A DNA stretch of 64,000 nucleotides, taken from contig JANYDS010000095.1 in the NCBI GenBank assembly GCA_025363475.1, positions 25,236 to 89,235 of the forward strand, read 5' to 3'. The notes under the pieces were generated by a model, which saw only the letters and a program-made list of their open reading frames with translations, searched no databases and was not told where the DNA came from. This DNA comes from Terriglobia bacterium. Its GTDB lineage: Bacteria; Acidobacteriota; Terriglobia; Bryobacterales; Bryobacteraceae. The position numbers were made by a program, and so were the translations under genes. This document shows, one piece after another, positions 11,045 to 20,696 of the stretch (position 1 is the first letter of the stretch; each line of letters opens with the position of its first letter).

Positions 11045-11329
11045 ATGATCAGGAGTTATCGCGACAGAGATACGGAGCGACTGGCTGCTGGCGAAAAGGT
11101 CCGCCAGTGGGGGCCGTTCTGGCAGCAGGCGGAGAAGCGTTTACGGATTCTCGACGCAGCCACGCGTTTGGGGGATCTCACCGCGCTGAACTCCAACCGG
11201 CTGGAATGCCTGAAGGGAAACCGCAAGGGTCAGTATTCCATTCGCATCAATGACCAGTGGCGGGTTTGTTTCGAGTGGCCCAAGGATGAGCCAGGTCCGT
11301 CGAACGTTGAAATTATTGATTATCATTAG
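11045..11329 (+). CDS. higB: type II toxin HigB (plasmid maintenance system killer family)
   Basis: 94-aa ORF with NRLECLKGNRKGQYSIRINDQWRVCFEW...VEIIDYH, the hallmark of HigB-type RelE/ParE-superfamily toxins. The toxin-first gene order is typical of higBA. Confidence 0.9.
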   Translation: MIRSYRDRDTERLAAGEKVRQWGPFWQQAEKRLRILDAATRLGDLTALNSNRLECLKGNRKGQYSIRINDQWRVCFEWPKDEPGPSNVEIIDYH

Positions 11330-11346
11330 GCAGGAAAGGAGCACCA

Positions 11347-11658
11347 ATGGCACGCACACCCATTCACCCCGGAGAGATCCTTGGCGACGAGTTGGAGGAA
11401 ACCGGCCTGACGGCGAAGAAGCTGGCAGATGTTCTCGAAGTGCCGCCCAACCGCCTCTATCAGCTTCTGGCGGGAAAACGGAACGTAACCGCTGACACCG
11501 CGCTGCGGCTTGGTCAGTATTTCGGAATGTCGGCGGATTTCTGGATGAACCTGCAAAGCGCCTATGAACTGGACCTTGCGCGCCAGCAGGTCGGCAAGGT
11601 AATCCAGCGGATTCCGAAACGCAGTGAGACTCTGGCGCAGACGCGTCCTGCGGCCTAA
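11347..11658 (+). CDS. higA: type II antitoxin HigA (XRE-family HTH)
   Basis: 103-aa ORF 17 nt after higB. IHPGEILGDELEETGLTAKKLADVLEVPPNRLYQLLAGKRNVTADTALRLGQYFG is the HigA/VapI HTH signature. Confidence 0.9.
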   Translation: MARTPIHPGEILGDELEETGLTAKKLADVLEVPPNRLYQLLAGKRNVTADTALRLGQYFGMSADFWMNLQSAYELDLARQQVGKVIQRIPKRSETLAQTRPAA

Positions 11659-11680
11659 AATACAACCTGAAATACGGGGC

Positions 11681-11709
11681 TTGACATTGATCTCAAACAG
11701 GCGTATTTT
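11681..11709 (+). promoter_or_regulatory. sigma70-like promoter in the higA-rpmE spacer
   Basis: Consensus TTGACA (11681-11686), an exact 17-nt spacer, then TATTTT (11704-11709). Confidence 0.4.
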
Positions 11710-11712
11710 TCA

Positions 11713-11930
11713 AGACAGCACTGAAGTATTCAGTTCAACTTTACTGAAGAGGGAGGTGGTCCAAAATAATGAAATCATCGAGTAGACCGCGCGAGGTGAC
11801 CAGCTCTTAGAGCTTGGTCGTAATCGACCTGCTGATTGGTCACTTCGGCGCGGCCGCAAGTGCTGTCTCAGGTATTCAACGGACAGACACCCCCGGGGAG
11901 GCACTCCTTCAGGCCCCCGGGGGTTCCTAT
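11713..11930 (+). ncRNA. candidate structured RNA (free-standing sRNA or rpmE leader)
   Basis: 10-bp perfect closing helix 11713-11722/11859-11868. 15-bp helix 11787-11801/11838-11853 capped by two small hairpins. GC-rich 3' hairpin 11889-11898/11915-11924. There is no convincing ORF. See the first finding. Confidence 0.35.
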
Positions 11931-11975
11931 TCTCAGAGCTTGTGGTAACATGGAGTTTCCCTGAAAGGTAACGAT

Positions 11976-12212
11976 ATGAAAGCTGGAATTCATCCCGCCT
12001 ATAACGAAGTAAATGTGGTCTGCGCGTGTCAGCACACTTTTAAGACACGCTCAACGCACAAAGGCGACATCCGTGTTGAAATTTGTTCGCACTGCCATCC
12101 GTTTTTCACCGGCAAACAGAAGTTGATCGATACGGCTGGACGGGTTGACAAGTTTGAGAAAAAATACGCCAAGCTTCGCGCCGAGAAGTCGGCCCGGCTG
12201 GCAACTCAGTAA
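11976..12212 (+). CDS. rpmE: 50S ribosomal protein L31 (zinc-ribbon type A)
   Basis: 78-aa [15 protein letters not shown]...[13 protein letters not shown] with the CxC...CxxC cysteines. Confidence 0.95.
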   Translation: MKAGIHPAYNEVNVVCACQHTFKTRSTHKGDIRVEICSHCHPFFTGKQKLIDTAGRVDKFEKKYAKLRAEKSARLATQ

Positions 12213-12240
12213 TTTTCGTTTCAAAAGTTGTTTTGAAGTA

Positions 12241-12278
12241 AAAACGGCGCGGACTTCACAGTCCGCGCCGTTTTGTTT
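12241..12278. terminator. bidirectional intrinsic terminator (rpmE and the convergent ECF operon)
   Basis: AAAACGGCGCGGACT (12241-12255), loop TCAC, AGTCCGCGCCGTTTT (12260-12274). The 11-bp GC-rich stem is flanked by an A-run on one side and a T-run on the other. Confidence 0.75.
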
Positions 12279-12295
12279 GTCGAGAGTGAACGCTA

Positions 12296-12700
12296 TTAAT
12301 TCTGGGGCTTCTGCGCGGCCTGCAAGCGGGCGCGTTCCCGTTCCGCACGCCATTGATCGTAAGCCGCTTTCTGCTGGTCGGTGAGGCCAGAGCGGATGTC
12401 CTCGATCAAATCCAGCTGCATCTTGTCATGGATCGGCTTTTCCTGCGCACGAAGGTCGTCCATCTTGTGTTTGGCATCCGCGATCAGTTTATCCACCACT
12501 GCGATCTGCGCGTCGCTCACAGCAACCTTTTCTTTCATCGTCTTGAGGTAGCGTTTGCGCCATTCTTCGGACGTTTCCGTCCTGGTAGCAGCGCTGGCGG
12601 TACTGGTCACGTAGAGGCGGTGTGAGACTGCGCCTACCAGAATACCGCTCGCAAAGACGAGGAACAGGTAGAAGGTCAGGCTGGAACGGTTGCGTGGCAT
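12296..12700 (-). CDS. Spy/CpxP-like periplasmic protein (LTXXQ motif)
   Basis: 134-aa ORF with an N-terminal membrane/signal segment, a Lys/Glu-rich helical body and an LTDQQ motif. It is the third gene of the ECF sigma module. Confidence 0.6.
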   Translation of the reverse strand: MPRNRSSLTFYLFLVFASGILVGAVSHRLYVTSTASAATRTETSEEWRKRYLKTMKEKVAVSDAQIAVVDKLIADAKHKMDDLRAQEKPIHDKMQLDLIEDIRSGLTDQQKAAYDQWRAERERARLQAAQKPQN

Positions 12701-12706
12701 GAACGG

Positions 12707-13066
12707 TTACTGCCGGTCCATTTCAATTGCCGAAATACGATCCAGATGAAAGGGTTCCAGCATGGAGGCGTTTTCCATGGCAACAGCTTCAACCAGCGAA
12801 CCGTTCAGAAAGAAAGCACCGGGCTGGTTTGAAGCAGAAATCAGCAGAGCCAGAACGGCGGAAGCGGCCAGGGCAGCCGTCACCAGGGTCTTGGCGAGCT
12901 TGCCAAACCAGTTGCTGGAATTCTCGCGCGCTTCAATTTTGGCCCACATCTGCGGCATGAAATTCACTCCAGCCTCCGGATCGGGCATCGCCTCGCGATA
13001 GGCGAGGAAAAGTTCGTTGAGGTTCGCCTCTGGGTCTTGGGGCTGCATCGTCCTATTTGACATCAT
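12707..13066 (-). CDS. putative anti-sigma factor (single-pass membrane protein)
   Basis: 119-aa ORF directly downstream of the ECF sigma gene with one TM helix (TLVTAALAASAVLALLISA). The call rests on position and topology only. Confidence 0.45.
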   Translation of the reverse strand: MMSNRTMQPQDPEANLNELFLAYREAMPDPEAGVNFMPQMWAKIEARENSSNWFGKLAKTLVTAALAASAVLALLISASNQPGAFFLNGSLVEAVAMENASMLEPFHLDRISAIEMDRQ

Positions 13067-13075
13067 AATACTCTG

Positions 13076-13675
13076 TCATTCCGCCTTATTTGATTTGGCG
13101 CTGCCGGATGAAGGTCCGGTTACACCTTTCATGTTTTTTAATACTCGCTGTCTGGCTCGGAAGAGCCTGACCTTAAGTGCGTTTTCGTTCACATCGTAGA
13201 TCTTCTCCAGCTCTTTCAGGGACAACCCCTCCACTTCCTTGAGGGTCAGAAGGATGCGATCTTCTTCCGAAACTGATGATAAAAGGCCAGTTACCGTATC
13301 CTTCACCCGGCGTTTTTCAGTTTCTTCGCCCTGAAAACGGGTGCCTGCCGCTGCATCGGCCATCATCACCTGCTGCTCAGAAAGGTCAGACATGCGAAAT
13401 TCCATGCGACGGCGGCTCTTGCGCAAGTAATCGTAAGCCGCGTTTACCGTCAAACGGTAGAGCCACGGCTCGAAAACTTCAGGGGTGCGCAACTGTTCCA
13501 GTGAAAAGTAGAGCCGAATGAAAACTTCCTGGGCAACATCTTCCACATCTTCCGGCCTGCCGATCAGACGGGAGATAGTGCCGAGGATCCGGCGGCGGTA
13601 GGCAGTAACAACCTGATTGAACGCGGCGGAATCGCCACGCTGAGCTTTCTGAATCAGCTCAAATTCAACCAGCAT
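13076..13675 (-). CDS. ECF-type RNA polymerase sigma-70 family factor
   Basis: 199-aa ORF with region 2 (DVEDVAQEVFIRLY...WLYRLTVNAAYDYLRK) and region 4 (LTLKEVEGLSLKELEKIY). Confidence 0.9.
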   Translation of the reverse strand: MLVEFELIQKAQRGDSAAFNQVVTAYRRRILGTISRLIGRPEDVEDVAQEVFIRLYFSLEQLRTPEVFEPWLYRLTVNAAYDYLRKSRRRMEFRMSDLSEQQVMMADAAAGTRFQGEETEKRRVKDTVTGLLSSVSEEDRILLTLKEVEGLSLKELEKIYDVNENALKVRLFRARQRVLKNMKGVTGPSSGSAKSNKAE

Positions 13676-13762
13676 GTCAGGCGCGAGACCCGGGTATTGC
13701 TCGAGACATCAATTCACCAGATTACAGGGCTGTTGAACGCGATGCGAGGCCGCCAGGTCGTT

Positions 13763-14602
13763 TTAGAGCGTTTGGGCATACCAGGCGATCAGCGGGCTGC
13801 CTGCCACGGCTACGATGAATGCCGCCAGGGCGAGGAATGTCGCGAAGGGGAGCTGGTAAGTTGCGGGGTCTTTGCCTGCCACGCGGATATAGACGATCCC
13901 GGCCACGGAACCGAGCAGGGAGCCCAGAACGATAGTGAGCAGGGTGCGTTCAAAGCCGAGGAAAGCGCCCGTCATGGCAAGCATCTTTACATCGCCAAAA
14001 CCCAGGCCATCTTTGTGACGCAGTTTTTCAAAGAGCCAGCCTGCCAACCAGAGCGTTCCGGAACAGGCGAGGGTGCCGAAGACCGCTTCTCCGAGCGAGG
14101 CCAGGACCGGGCTGGGCCGCCAGCCGGCGACGGAAGCCAGCAGCTGAAATGTAGCGTCCTGAACCGGTGTTGCAAGCGCGAACAGCAGGCCGATCAGGGT
14201 ACCGCCGAGGGTGAGTTCATCGGGCAGGAGCCGGGTTTCGAGATCGGTGAAGGCCAAGGCGATCAGGATTGCGGCGAAGACGCAGAATTTGGCAGCCGTG
14301 AATGTCAGGCCGTGGTGGTCTGCAAAATATGCAAAGCTGACGGCGGTCAGGAGTTCGACCAAAGGGTAGCGCCACGGGATAGGGGCGCGGCAGCCGGAGC
14401 AGCGTCCGCTGAGCATAGCGAAGCTTAGGAGAGGGATGTTTTCATGCCATGCGATTTGCTTTTCGCAGGCGGGGCAGAATGACCGGGAGGGACGTATGAC
14501 GGAGAGGTCACGCGGCCAGCGGTAGATGCAGACGTTGAGGAAACTGCCGATCAGCAGGCCGAAGATCCCGGCAAAGAGCCACAGCAAGGTAAGGTTAGAC
14601 AT
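13763..14602 (-). CDS. pilD: prepilin peptidase (A24 family)
   Basis: CPACEKQIAWHENIPLLSF...GRCSGCRAPI N-domain plus a polytopic membrane body. The track ORF runs to 14764. ATG 14602 (MSNLTLLW) gives the usual N-terminus and an 8-nt overlap with the upstream gene. Confidence 0.85.
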   Translation of the reverse strand: MSNLTLLWLFAGIFGLLIGSFLNVCIYRWPRDLSVIRPSRSFCPACEKQIAWHENIPLLSFAMLSGRCSGCRAPIPWRYPLVELLTAVSFAYFADHHGLTFTAAKFCVFAAILIALAFTDLETRLLPDELTLGGTLIGLLFALATPVQDATFQLLASVAGWRPSPVLASLGEAVFGTLACSGTLWLAGWLFEKLRHKDGLGFGDVKMLAMTGAFLGFERTLLTIVLGSLLGSVAGIVYIRVAGKDPATYQLPFATFLALAAFIVAVAGSPLIAWYAQTL

Positions 14603-15473
14603 TTCTGAACAGGCCTTCGTATGCGGCCAGCGTCGCATCCACCATGTGTTTTTCGGTGAAACGGGCGAGGATGGTGGCCCGGGCGGCATTGCCCAGATCT
14701 GCGGCGTTTCCAAGGGCGGCCGCAATGGCAGCGGCTTCGTTAGGGACCAGATAGCCGTTTTCACCGTCGCGGATCATTTCCGGGATGCCGCCCACGTTAC
14801 TGGCGATCACGGTTACGCCGTGGGCCATGGCGAGCAGAATACCGGACCCCAAACCCTCGGAATGGGTTATGTAGAGCAGAAGGCGGGCGTGCGGCAGGTC
14901 GGTTTCGAGAGAAGCGGATTTCTGGACCAGAATGCCTGCGAGTCCGGCGGCTTCCTGCGCGAGAGCCATCCCCTTGGCAGGGTCAGCCGTCTCGGGAATG
15001 AGCACCGCGCTGCCGCTGGCGGGTGTGGGTGGAACGGGCACACCATCATAGACGACGGCGATACGGCTTTTGTCGATATTGGCTTTACGAAGCTGTCTGG
15101 CAACGTGGTGCGAGACGGCCAGAAAAAGCCGGGGCTGGCGGTATTTCCAGCGCGAAATAGCCGAGTCGCGCACAGGAAACGCGACGCGGCGGGAAACCAC
15201 CAGTGGCACGCGTGCGAGCAGCGCTGCCAGCGTGTGGCTGCGGGCATCGTGGGCGTGCACCAGATCGTAGCCTTCAGATAGAGTACGCAGGCTTCCAGTG
15301 CGCAGTGCGGCGCAAGGCAGGCCTTCCTGCCGCGCCAGCCAGAGCAGCGCCGAATCCGGTCGTGCCAGCAGGAAAGACTCATTGCCGGCAGCGATCAGGC
15401 CGCGATGCAGGCGCAGCGCCTGCCACTGCCCGCCCCGCATTTCCTTGCCTGTGTCCAGGTGGAGGGTCTTCAT
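14595..15473 (-). CDS. glycosyltransferase, GT-B family 4 (group 1)
   Basis: 292-aa ORF with the C-terminal EGLGSGILLAMAHGVTVIASNVGGIPEMIRDGENG motif. Confidence 0.8.
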   Translation of the reverse strand: MKTLHLDTGKEMRGGQWQALRLHRGLIAAGNESFLLARPDSALLWLARQEGLPCAALRTGSLRTLSEGYDLVHAHDARSHTLAALLARVPLVVSRRVAFPVRDSAISRWKYRQPRLFLAVSHHVARQLRKANIDKSRIAVVYDGVPVPPTPASGSAVLIPETADPAKGMALAQEAAGLAGILVQKSASLETDLPHARLLLYITHSEGLGSGILLAMAHGVTVIASNVGGIPEMIRDGENGYLVPNEAAAIAAALGNAADLGNAARATILARFTEKHMVDATLAAYEGLFRNV

Positions 15474-16204
15474 CGGCGTCTGGCCTTCGCGTATTTTTGG
15501 TACGTGTAGAGCGCAGCCATGCGGGCAATCGTGAACCCCTGCGGGCCGTCGAGAAAGCCTCGTTGCAGCAGGTAGGAACGGATAAACGTCCAGGGCGGAT
15601 CGAACACCAGCCTCGAGAGCGGTATCGATTTGCCTCGCGCCAGCAGTTCTTCGGCGGCGAGATCGGTGTAGCGGTTCAGGGTCATGCGGTGCTGCGCGAG
15701 GGAATCGCAGGTGTAATGCAACAGGTCCCCGGTGAGCACAGCAGTTGTTCCGCTCACTTGAACGCTTTCATGGACATAGTCGCCTGTCCATAGTGCGTGG
15801 TGGCGGTGGTAGAGACGGACCTTGCGGTCGGGATACCAGCCGGAGTGGCGAATCCAGCGGCCCAGGTAGTGAGCGAGGCGCGGAAACGCGTAGGCGTCAG
15901 CTTTGGTCTGACTGGCTTCGATCTTGGCGATCTGTTCCGCCAGTTCCGGCGTAAGTGCTTCGTCGGCGTCGAGCGAAAGAATCCAGTCATGCGTGGCCTG
16001 TCCGGCGGCGAAGTTTTTCTGGGCAGCGTAACCACGCCATGGCTCGGTGATGACCTTTGCGCCCAGGCTCTGAGCAATTTCGCGGGTCTGATCAGTCGAG
16101 CCGCTGTCGACTACCAGAATTTCATCCGCGCAAGTCAGGCTGCGGATGGCGCGGGCGATGTTCCGTTCCTCATTGAGCGTGACAATGGTGGCGCTGATGA
16201 GCAT
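15470..16204 (-). CDS. glycosyltransferase family 2
   Basis: 244-aa ORF with GT-A motifs ATIVTLNEE, VVDSGSTDQT and LSLDADE. 4-nt overlap with the downstream GT4 gene. Confidence 0.85.
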   Translation of the reverse strand: MLISATIVTLNEERNIARAIRSLTCADEILVVDSGSTDQTREIAQSLGAKVITEPWRGYAAQKNFAAGQATHDWILSLDADEALTPELAEQIAKIEASQTKADAYAFPRLAHYLGRWIRHSGWYPDRKVRLYHRHHALWTGDYVHESVQVSGTTAVLTGDLLHYTCDSLAQHRMTLNRYTDLAAEELLARGKSIPLSRLVFDPPWTFIRSYLLQRGFLDGPQGFTIARMAALYTYQKYAKARRR

Positions 16205-16213
16205 TGACGGGGC

Positions 16214-17209
16214 TTATTCAATAATCGGCGCGTAGGAGAAACAAAGAATGAACACGACCAGCGCCAGAATGCCGAGCTTGATGCGGGGCATGCCGACTTC
16301 GGTTTGATCGTAAACAGGCGGGTGTTTGCGCGCCACGAAAAACAGGACGACCGCCCAGAACCACCAGCCGTTCCAGAGTTTGCCCATAGGCAGCAGCGCG
16401 ATGAGAAAAATGTTGGTAATCCACTTCTGCGCGCGGCCGAGCAGCGCGTAAACGATATGCCCGCCATCCAGCTGTCCCACCGGCAGCAGGTTCAGTGCGG
16501 TGGCAAACATTCCCACCCACGCGGCGCGGGCGATGGGGTGCAGGTAAATGTCGGAGACGGGTACTCCCGGGAAGATCCAGCGTTCGAGCAGCCATTGGAG
16601 TGCGGGGACTCCGAACTGGAGCGAACCCTGATGATTGATGCCGGGGATTATTTTCGAAAAGGCGATGCCAATCGCCAGAGCGGGAACCATGAAGACAAAA
16701 CCGGCGAGGGGCCCGGCTATGCCAATGTCGAAGAGGATGCGTTTGTTGTAGATCGCCGAGCGAATGCGAATGAAGGCACCTAATGTACCCGTTACCGGGG
16801 TGGGTGCAGGCAGGAAAAAGGGCATGCTGGCGTCCACACCGTAGTAAAGACAGGCGAAGTAGTGGCCCAGCTCATGTGCCATCAGGATGGTCAGCAGAGT
16901 GAGCGAAAAGGGCAACCCCGAGCGGAATAATTCCAGACTGCGGAGGCCGATGGTGAAGATGTTGAGGTCGCTTTCGAGGTCAAAAAAAGGCAGATTACGG
17001 TCGAAATTCCATGCCATGTGAGCGCCCACTAGCGTGGTCGTGAATAGTGTCAGGCCCAGCAGCAGAAGATGCAGCCAGAGCCTGCGAAAGGGCGAGGGCG
17101 GCGGTTCAAATTCAGGGATTTCAAACCGCCCCGGAGCAGATATAACCGCTGTTATAACCGTTGTCTCGGCAGTTGCGCTGGCGCTATCGATCAGGTCTTC
17201 AGGAAACAC
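16214..17209 (-). CDS. M50-family site-2 metalloprotease
   Basis: 331-aa polytopic membrane ORF with HELGH (MAHELGHYF) and the second motif LNLLPVGQLDGG. Confidence 0.8.
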   Translation of the reverse strand: MFPEDLIDSASATAETTVITAVISAPGRFEIPEFEPPPSPFRRLWLHLLLLGLTLFTTTLVGAHMAWNFDRNLPFFDLESDLNIFTIGLRSLELFRSGLPFSLTLLTILMAHELGHYFACLYYGVDASMPFFLPAPTPVTGTLGAFIRIRSAIYNKRILFDIGIAGPLAGFVFMVPALAIGIAFSKIIPGINHQGSLQFGVPALQWLLERWIFPGVPVSDIYLHPIARAAWVGMFATALNLLPVGQLDGGHIVYALLGRAQKWITNIFLIALLPMGKLWNGWWFWAVVLFFVARKHPPVYDQTEVGMPRIKLGILALVVFILCFSYAPIIE

Positions 17210-17224
17210 GTGTGGCCGGGGGCC

Positions 17225-17494
17225 TTACTGGAGCGTCTGCAGTTCTTTGCCGGGCTTGAAACGGACGGCTTTGCCAGGAGGGATCGATACTTCCGCACCC
17301 GTGCGCGGATTGCGTCCGATACCGGTCTTGCGGGGCTTAACCGTAAAAACGCCGAAGCCTCTCAGTTCGATGCGGTCACCCTGTTCGAGCGCCTGTTTCA
17401 TTTTGCCAAAGACGGTTTCAACGGCCATTTCGGCCTTGGTCTTCGTAATGCCCGTCTTGTTTACGACTTCGTTGATGATGTCGAGCTTAATCAC
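17225..17494 (-). CDS. HU/IHF-family DNA-binding protein
   Basis: 89-aa ORF with GFGVFTVKPRKTGIGRNPRTGAEV...FKPGKEL. GTG start preceded by GGAGG. Confidence 0.9.
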   Translation of the reverse strand: MIKLDIINEVVNKTGITKTKAEMAVETVFGKMKQALEQGDRIELRGFGVFTVKPRKTGIGRNPRTGAEVSIPPGKAVRFKPGKELQTLQ

Positions 17495-17549
17495 GTGACC
17501 TCCGCCTCAGTTTCGGCTTTAAGCTAATGATAGAATTAGGGTTATCTCG

Positions 17550-18068
17550 ATGTCAAGCAACGCGGTCCGGGTTCCGCTCATCACCGCTGACTCGCTGCTT
17601 TACCGGCGGACCTGCGCCCGGTTTGCCACTGGAATCACCGTTGTAACGGTGGTGGATGCGGAGGGTTCACCGCATGGCATGACCGTTAATTCTTTCTCTT
17701 CCGTTTCGCTCGAGCCGCCGCTGGTCCTGGTCAGCATCGATTTGCGCAACGCCATCCTCGGTCACTTCCTCGCCAGTTCGTTTTTTGCCATCAATATCCT
17801 GGCGGAGCACCAGGAAGACCTGTCCCAGCGGTTTTCGAGTGCGATTACGAAACGGTTTGAGGGGTTGGACTGGGTGGCGTCTGAATCCGGCTCACCGCTG
17901 CTGGAAGGTGTCCTGGCGCAACTGGAATGTTCTGTGGTTCGGACTTTTGAGGCTGGCGACCACACCATTCTGGTGGGAGAAGTCCTGCGGGCAGGTTATC
18001 GCGAAGGAAGACCGCTGGTTTATTTCGACAGCGGGTATAGGGGTTTGGATGACCGGGACCAGACTTGA
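17550..18068 (+). CDS. flavin reductase family protein
   Basis: 172-aa ORF with flavin-reductase-like FMN-binding domain motifs (FATGITVVT...HGMTVNSFSSVSLEPPLVLVSI). Confidence 0.85.
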   Translation: MSSNAVRVPLITADSLLYRRTCARFATGITVVTVVDAEGSPHGMTVNSFSSVSLEPPLVLVSIDLRNAILGHFLASSFFAINILAEHQEDLSQRFSSAITKRFEGLDWVASESGSPLLEGVLAQLECSVVRTFEAGDHTILVGEVLRAGYREGRPLVYFDSGYRGLDDRDQT

Positions 18069-18092
18069 AGGCCTGATCCCGGCTTTCCGTTT

Positions 18093-20594
18093 TTAAAAGC
18101 TGTAGAGTACAGTTCCGGGGACGGTTTCGAGTTCGCCCTGCGGTTCCACTTCGACAGCGAGTTCGCCCGCAATCTCCGGCACAACGGGAGCATTGATCTG
18201 CCGATAACAGATTCCGATCTCGCCGAGGTAGATTTCCAGTTCGCCGGGGCGGGGCAGAATACCCTGAATCAGTGCTTCTGACAGCGGATCTTCGATGTAT
18301 TTCTGGAGCGCCCGGCGCAGGGGCCGCGCACCGTAGTTGCGATCCGCACAAGTCTTTTCCAGAATGTACTTCGCCGCGTCGTCATTGAGGCGGATGGTGA
18401 GCTGCTTGACTTCGAGGTTCTTATTGATCCCCGCGACCAGCAGATGCATGATCTTGATAAGATCCTCGTCCGACAGCGAGTGGAAGAGAATGATCTCATC
18501 CAGGCGGTTCAGGAATTCGGGATTGAACGCGCGCTTCACTTCACCGCGCACCTGATCTTCCACCTTCGACGCCTGACCTTCCAGTTGCGGAGCTTGGAAG
18601 CCGAGGTTGCCCTTCTTTTCGAGGAAGCGCGCCCCCAGGTTCGAGGTCATGATGATGATGGTGTTCTTAAAGTCGATCTGGTTACCCAGCCCGTCTGTCA
18701 GATGACCTTCTTCAAAAACCTGCAGCAGGATGTTGAAAATATCCGGATGCGCCTTCTCGATTTCGTCGAGCAGGATGATGGAATACGGGTTGCGCTTGAC
18801 GCGCTCAGTCAGCTGACCGCCTTCCTCATAACCTACATAGCCGGGAGGCGAACCAATCAGTTTCGAGACGGAATGTTTCTCCATGAACTCCGACATATCG
18901 AAGCGGATCAGGCTCTTTTCGCTGGCAAACAGGAACTGAGCAAGCGCCCTTGCGACTTCGGTTTTGCCGACACCGGTCGGCCCGAGGAACAGGAACGAAC
19001 CGGCCGGTCGCCCTGAGGCTTTGAGCCCTGCGCGAGAACGGCGGATGGCGCGTGCCAGCGCCGAAATTGCCTTCTCCTGGCTGATGATGCGCAGGTGCAA
19101 TTCCTCTTCAATGCGGAGGAGCTTCGCAATCTCTTCTTCCTTGATTGCCGTCATGGGCACGCCCGTCCAGCGTGCAACCACTTCTTCGATGTCGTCCTTG
19201 GTCACTACGCCGGTTGACGTGTCATCAAGATTGTATTTTTCGCGGAGCTGGCGCAGGTTCTCGCGCTCTTTGCGCTCTTCGTCGGAATAGAAACGCGCCT
19301 TTTCAAATTCATGGTTCGCGATGGCATTTTCCATACGATGAACAATGAATTTGATGCGCTTCTGTATGTCGGCCAGATCGCTCGGAAGCGTGGTTTGGCG
19401 CAACTTGACGCGTGCACCGGCTTCATCAATCAGATCGATAGCCTTATCCGGCAGAAAACGGTCCGGAATGTAACGGCTGGAAGCATAAACCGACGATTCA
19501 ATTGCTTCGTCCGTATAACTGACCGCGTGGAATTTCTCGTAGCGATCTTTAATGCCGTACATGATTTTGACAGCATCAGCTTCGCTGGGCGGCGGAACTT
19601 TTACCGCCTGAAAACGCCGTTCCAGCGACCGGTCTTTTTCGATGGATTTGCGAAACTCAGCCGGGGTGGTGGCGCCGATACACTGAATCTCACCGCGGGA
19701 AAGTGCGGGTTTCAGGATGTTCGCCGCGTCCAGCGAACCTTCCGCCGAACCGGCTCCGACCAGCGTATGCAGCTCATCAATGAAAATGATCGCGTTCTGG
19801 TTTTCCATCAGTTCTTTCATGATGGTTTTCAGCCGCTCTTCAAACTGACCGCGATACTTGGTGCCCGCAACAATCAGCGACAGGTCAAGAGCAAGAATCC
19901 GCTTGTCAGCAAGAAAAGAAGGGACATCCCCTTCCGCGATTTTCTGGGCCAGACCTTCAACAATTGCCGTTTTGCCCACGCCCGGCTCACCGATCAACAC
20001 CGGATTGTTCTTGGTGCGGCGACAGAGGATCTGAATGACGCGTTCCAGTTCGAAATCGCGGCCGACCAGCGGATCGAGCGAATTATCCATGGCGGCCTGA
20101 GTGAGGTCGCGGGAGAATTCGGCCAGCAGAGAACTCTCTTTGGGACGGCTGGACGAAACCTTTTCGGATTGCGTACGCTGCAATTCTTCACGAATCGTAG
20201 AGAGGCGCAAGCCGCGTTCATGCAGAATTTCAGCCGCAAAACACTTCTCTTCGCGCAGCAAACCCAGCAGCAGATGTTCCGTGCCGATGTGCTTATGGCT
20301 CAGGCGCTCGGCTTCTTCCGCACCATAGGCGAGCACGCGCTTGCACTCGTGGCTCAGAGGGAGGTCAACTGATGTCGAAACTTTCTCGCGAACCGTAGTG
20401 TGGCCTTCAATCTGTTTGCGGATGGAATCTACCGCAGAGTGAGACCGAAGGAACCGGTTGGCCAGCTGTTTATCTTCGCGCAGCAAGCCGAGCAGCAGAT
20501 GCTCGGTCTCAATATAAGGGCTGCCGAACTGACTCGCTTCGTACCGGGCGAAAAAAATCACGCGCCGGGCTTTTTCGGTGTATCGTTCAAACAT
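18093..20594 (-). CDS. clpC: ATP-dependent Clp protease ATP-binding subunit ClpC
   Basis: 833-aa ORF with a duplicated Clp-N repeat ([10 protein letters not shown] twice) and two AAA+ modules ([16 protein letters not shown]). Confidence 0.93.
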   Translation of the reverse strand: MFERYTEKARRVIFFARYEASQFGSPYIETEHLLLGLLREDKQLANRFLRSHSAVDSIRKQIEGHTTVREKVSTSVDLPLSHECKRVLAYGAEEAERLSHKHIGTEHLLLGLLREEKCFAAEILHERGLRLSTIREELQRTQSEKVSSSRPKESSLLAEFSRDLTQAAMDNSLDPLVGRDFELERVIQILCRRTKNNPVLIGEPGVGKTAIVEGLAQKIAEGDVPSFLADKRILALDLSLIVAGTKYRGQFEERLKTIMKELMENQNAIIFIDELHTLVGAGSAEGSLDAANILKPALSRGEIQCIGATTPAEFRKSIEKDRSLERRFQAVKVPPPSEADAVKIMYGIKDRYEKFHAVSYTDEAIESSVYASSRYIPDRFLPDKAIDLIDEAGARVKLRQTTLPSDLADIQKRIKFIVHRMENAIANHEFEKARFYSDEERKERENLRQLREKYNLDDTSTGVVTKDDIEEVVARWTGVPMTAIKEEEIAKLLRIEEELHLRIISQEKAISALARAIRRSRAGLKASGRPAGSFLFLGPTGVGKTEVARALAQFLFASEKSLIRFDMSEFMEKHSVSKLIGSPPGYVGYEEGGQLTERVKRNPYSIILLDEIEKAHPDIFNILLQVFEEGHLTDGLGNQIDFKNTIIIMTSNLGARFLEKKGNLGFQAPQLEGQASKVEDQVRGEVKRAFNPEFLNRLDEIILFHSLSDEDLIKIMHLLVAGINKNLEVKQLTIRLNDDAAKYILEKTCADRNYGARPLRRALQKYIEDPLSEALIQGILPRPGELEIYLGEIGICYRQINAPVVPEIAGELAVEVEPQGELETVPGTVLYSF

Positions 20595-20658
20595 TTTTTA
20601 CAGGCACCCCTGGTAAGGCTCTACCGCTTGGCTCGACCGCGAAACCGGCCCTACATAC

Positions 20659-20688
20659 AAGATACTCTCCGGAGTGTTTCGGTTGCAA
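20659..20688 (-). promoter_or_regulatory. candidate clpC promoter
   Basis: On the minus strand: TTGCAA (20688-20683), an 18-nt spacer, then TATCTT (20664-20659). The spacer carries the palindrome CTCCGGAG. Based on hexamer matches only. Confidence 0.3.
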
Positions 20689-20696
20689 AAGCGCAA

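Noticed and set aside
11769-11810. A 13-codon mini-ORF (MKSSSRPREVTSS) lies downstream of a GGGAGG inside the candidate RNA, and could be a leader peptide.
   Set aside because: The GGAGG-ATG spacing is long (about 12 nt). The peptide has no regulatory-codon bias. The sequence is better explained as part of the RNA helices.
19311-20372. Very long ORFs lie antisense to clpC (353 aa). Similar ones lie antisense to the TPR gene (26806..28143, 445 aa), nusA (43211..44275, 354 aa), infB (41381..42271, 296 aa), hisD (63178..63933) and others.
   Set aside because: Each lies entirely opposite a gene with unmistakable homology. Their translations are Arg/Gly/Ala/Pro-rich low-complexity sequence, typical of stop-poor antisense frames in GC-rich DNA. 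No family was recognised.
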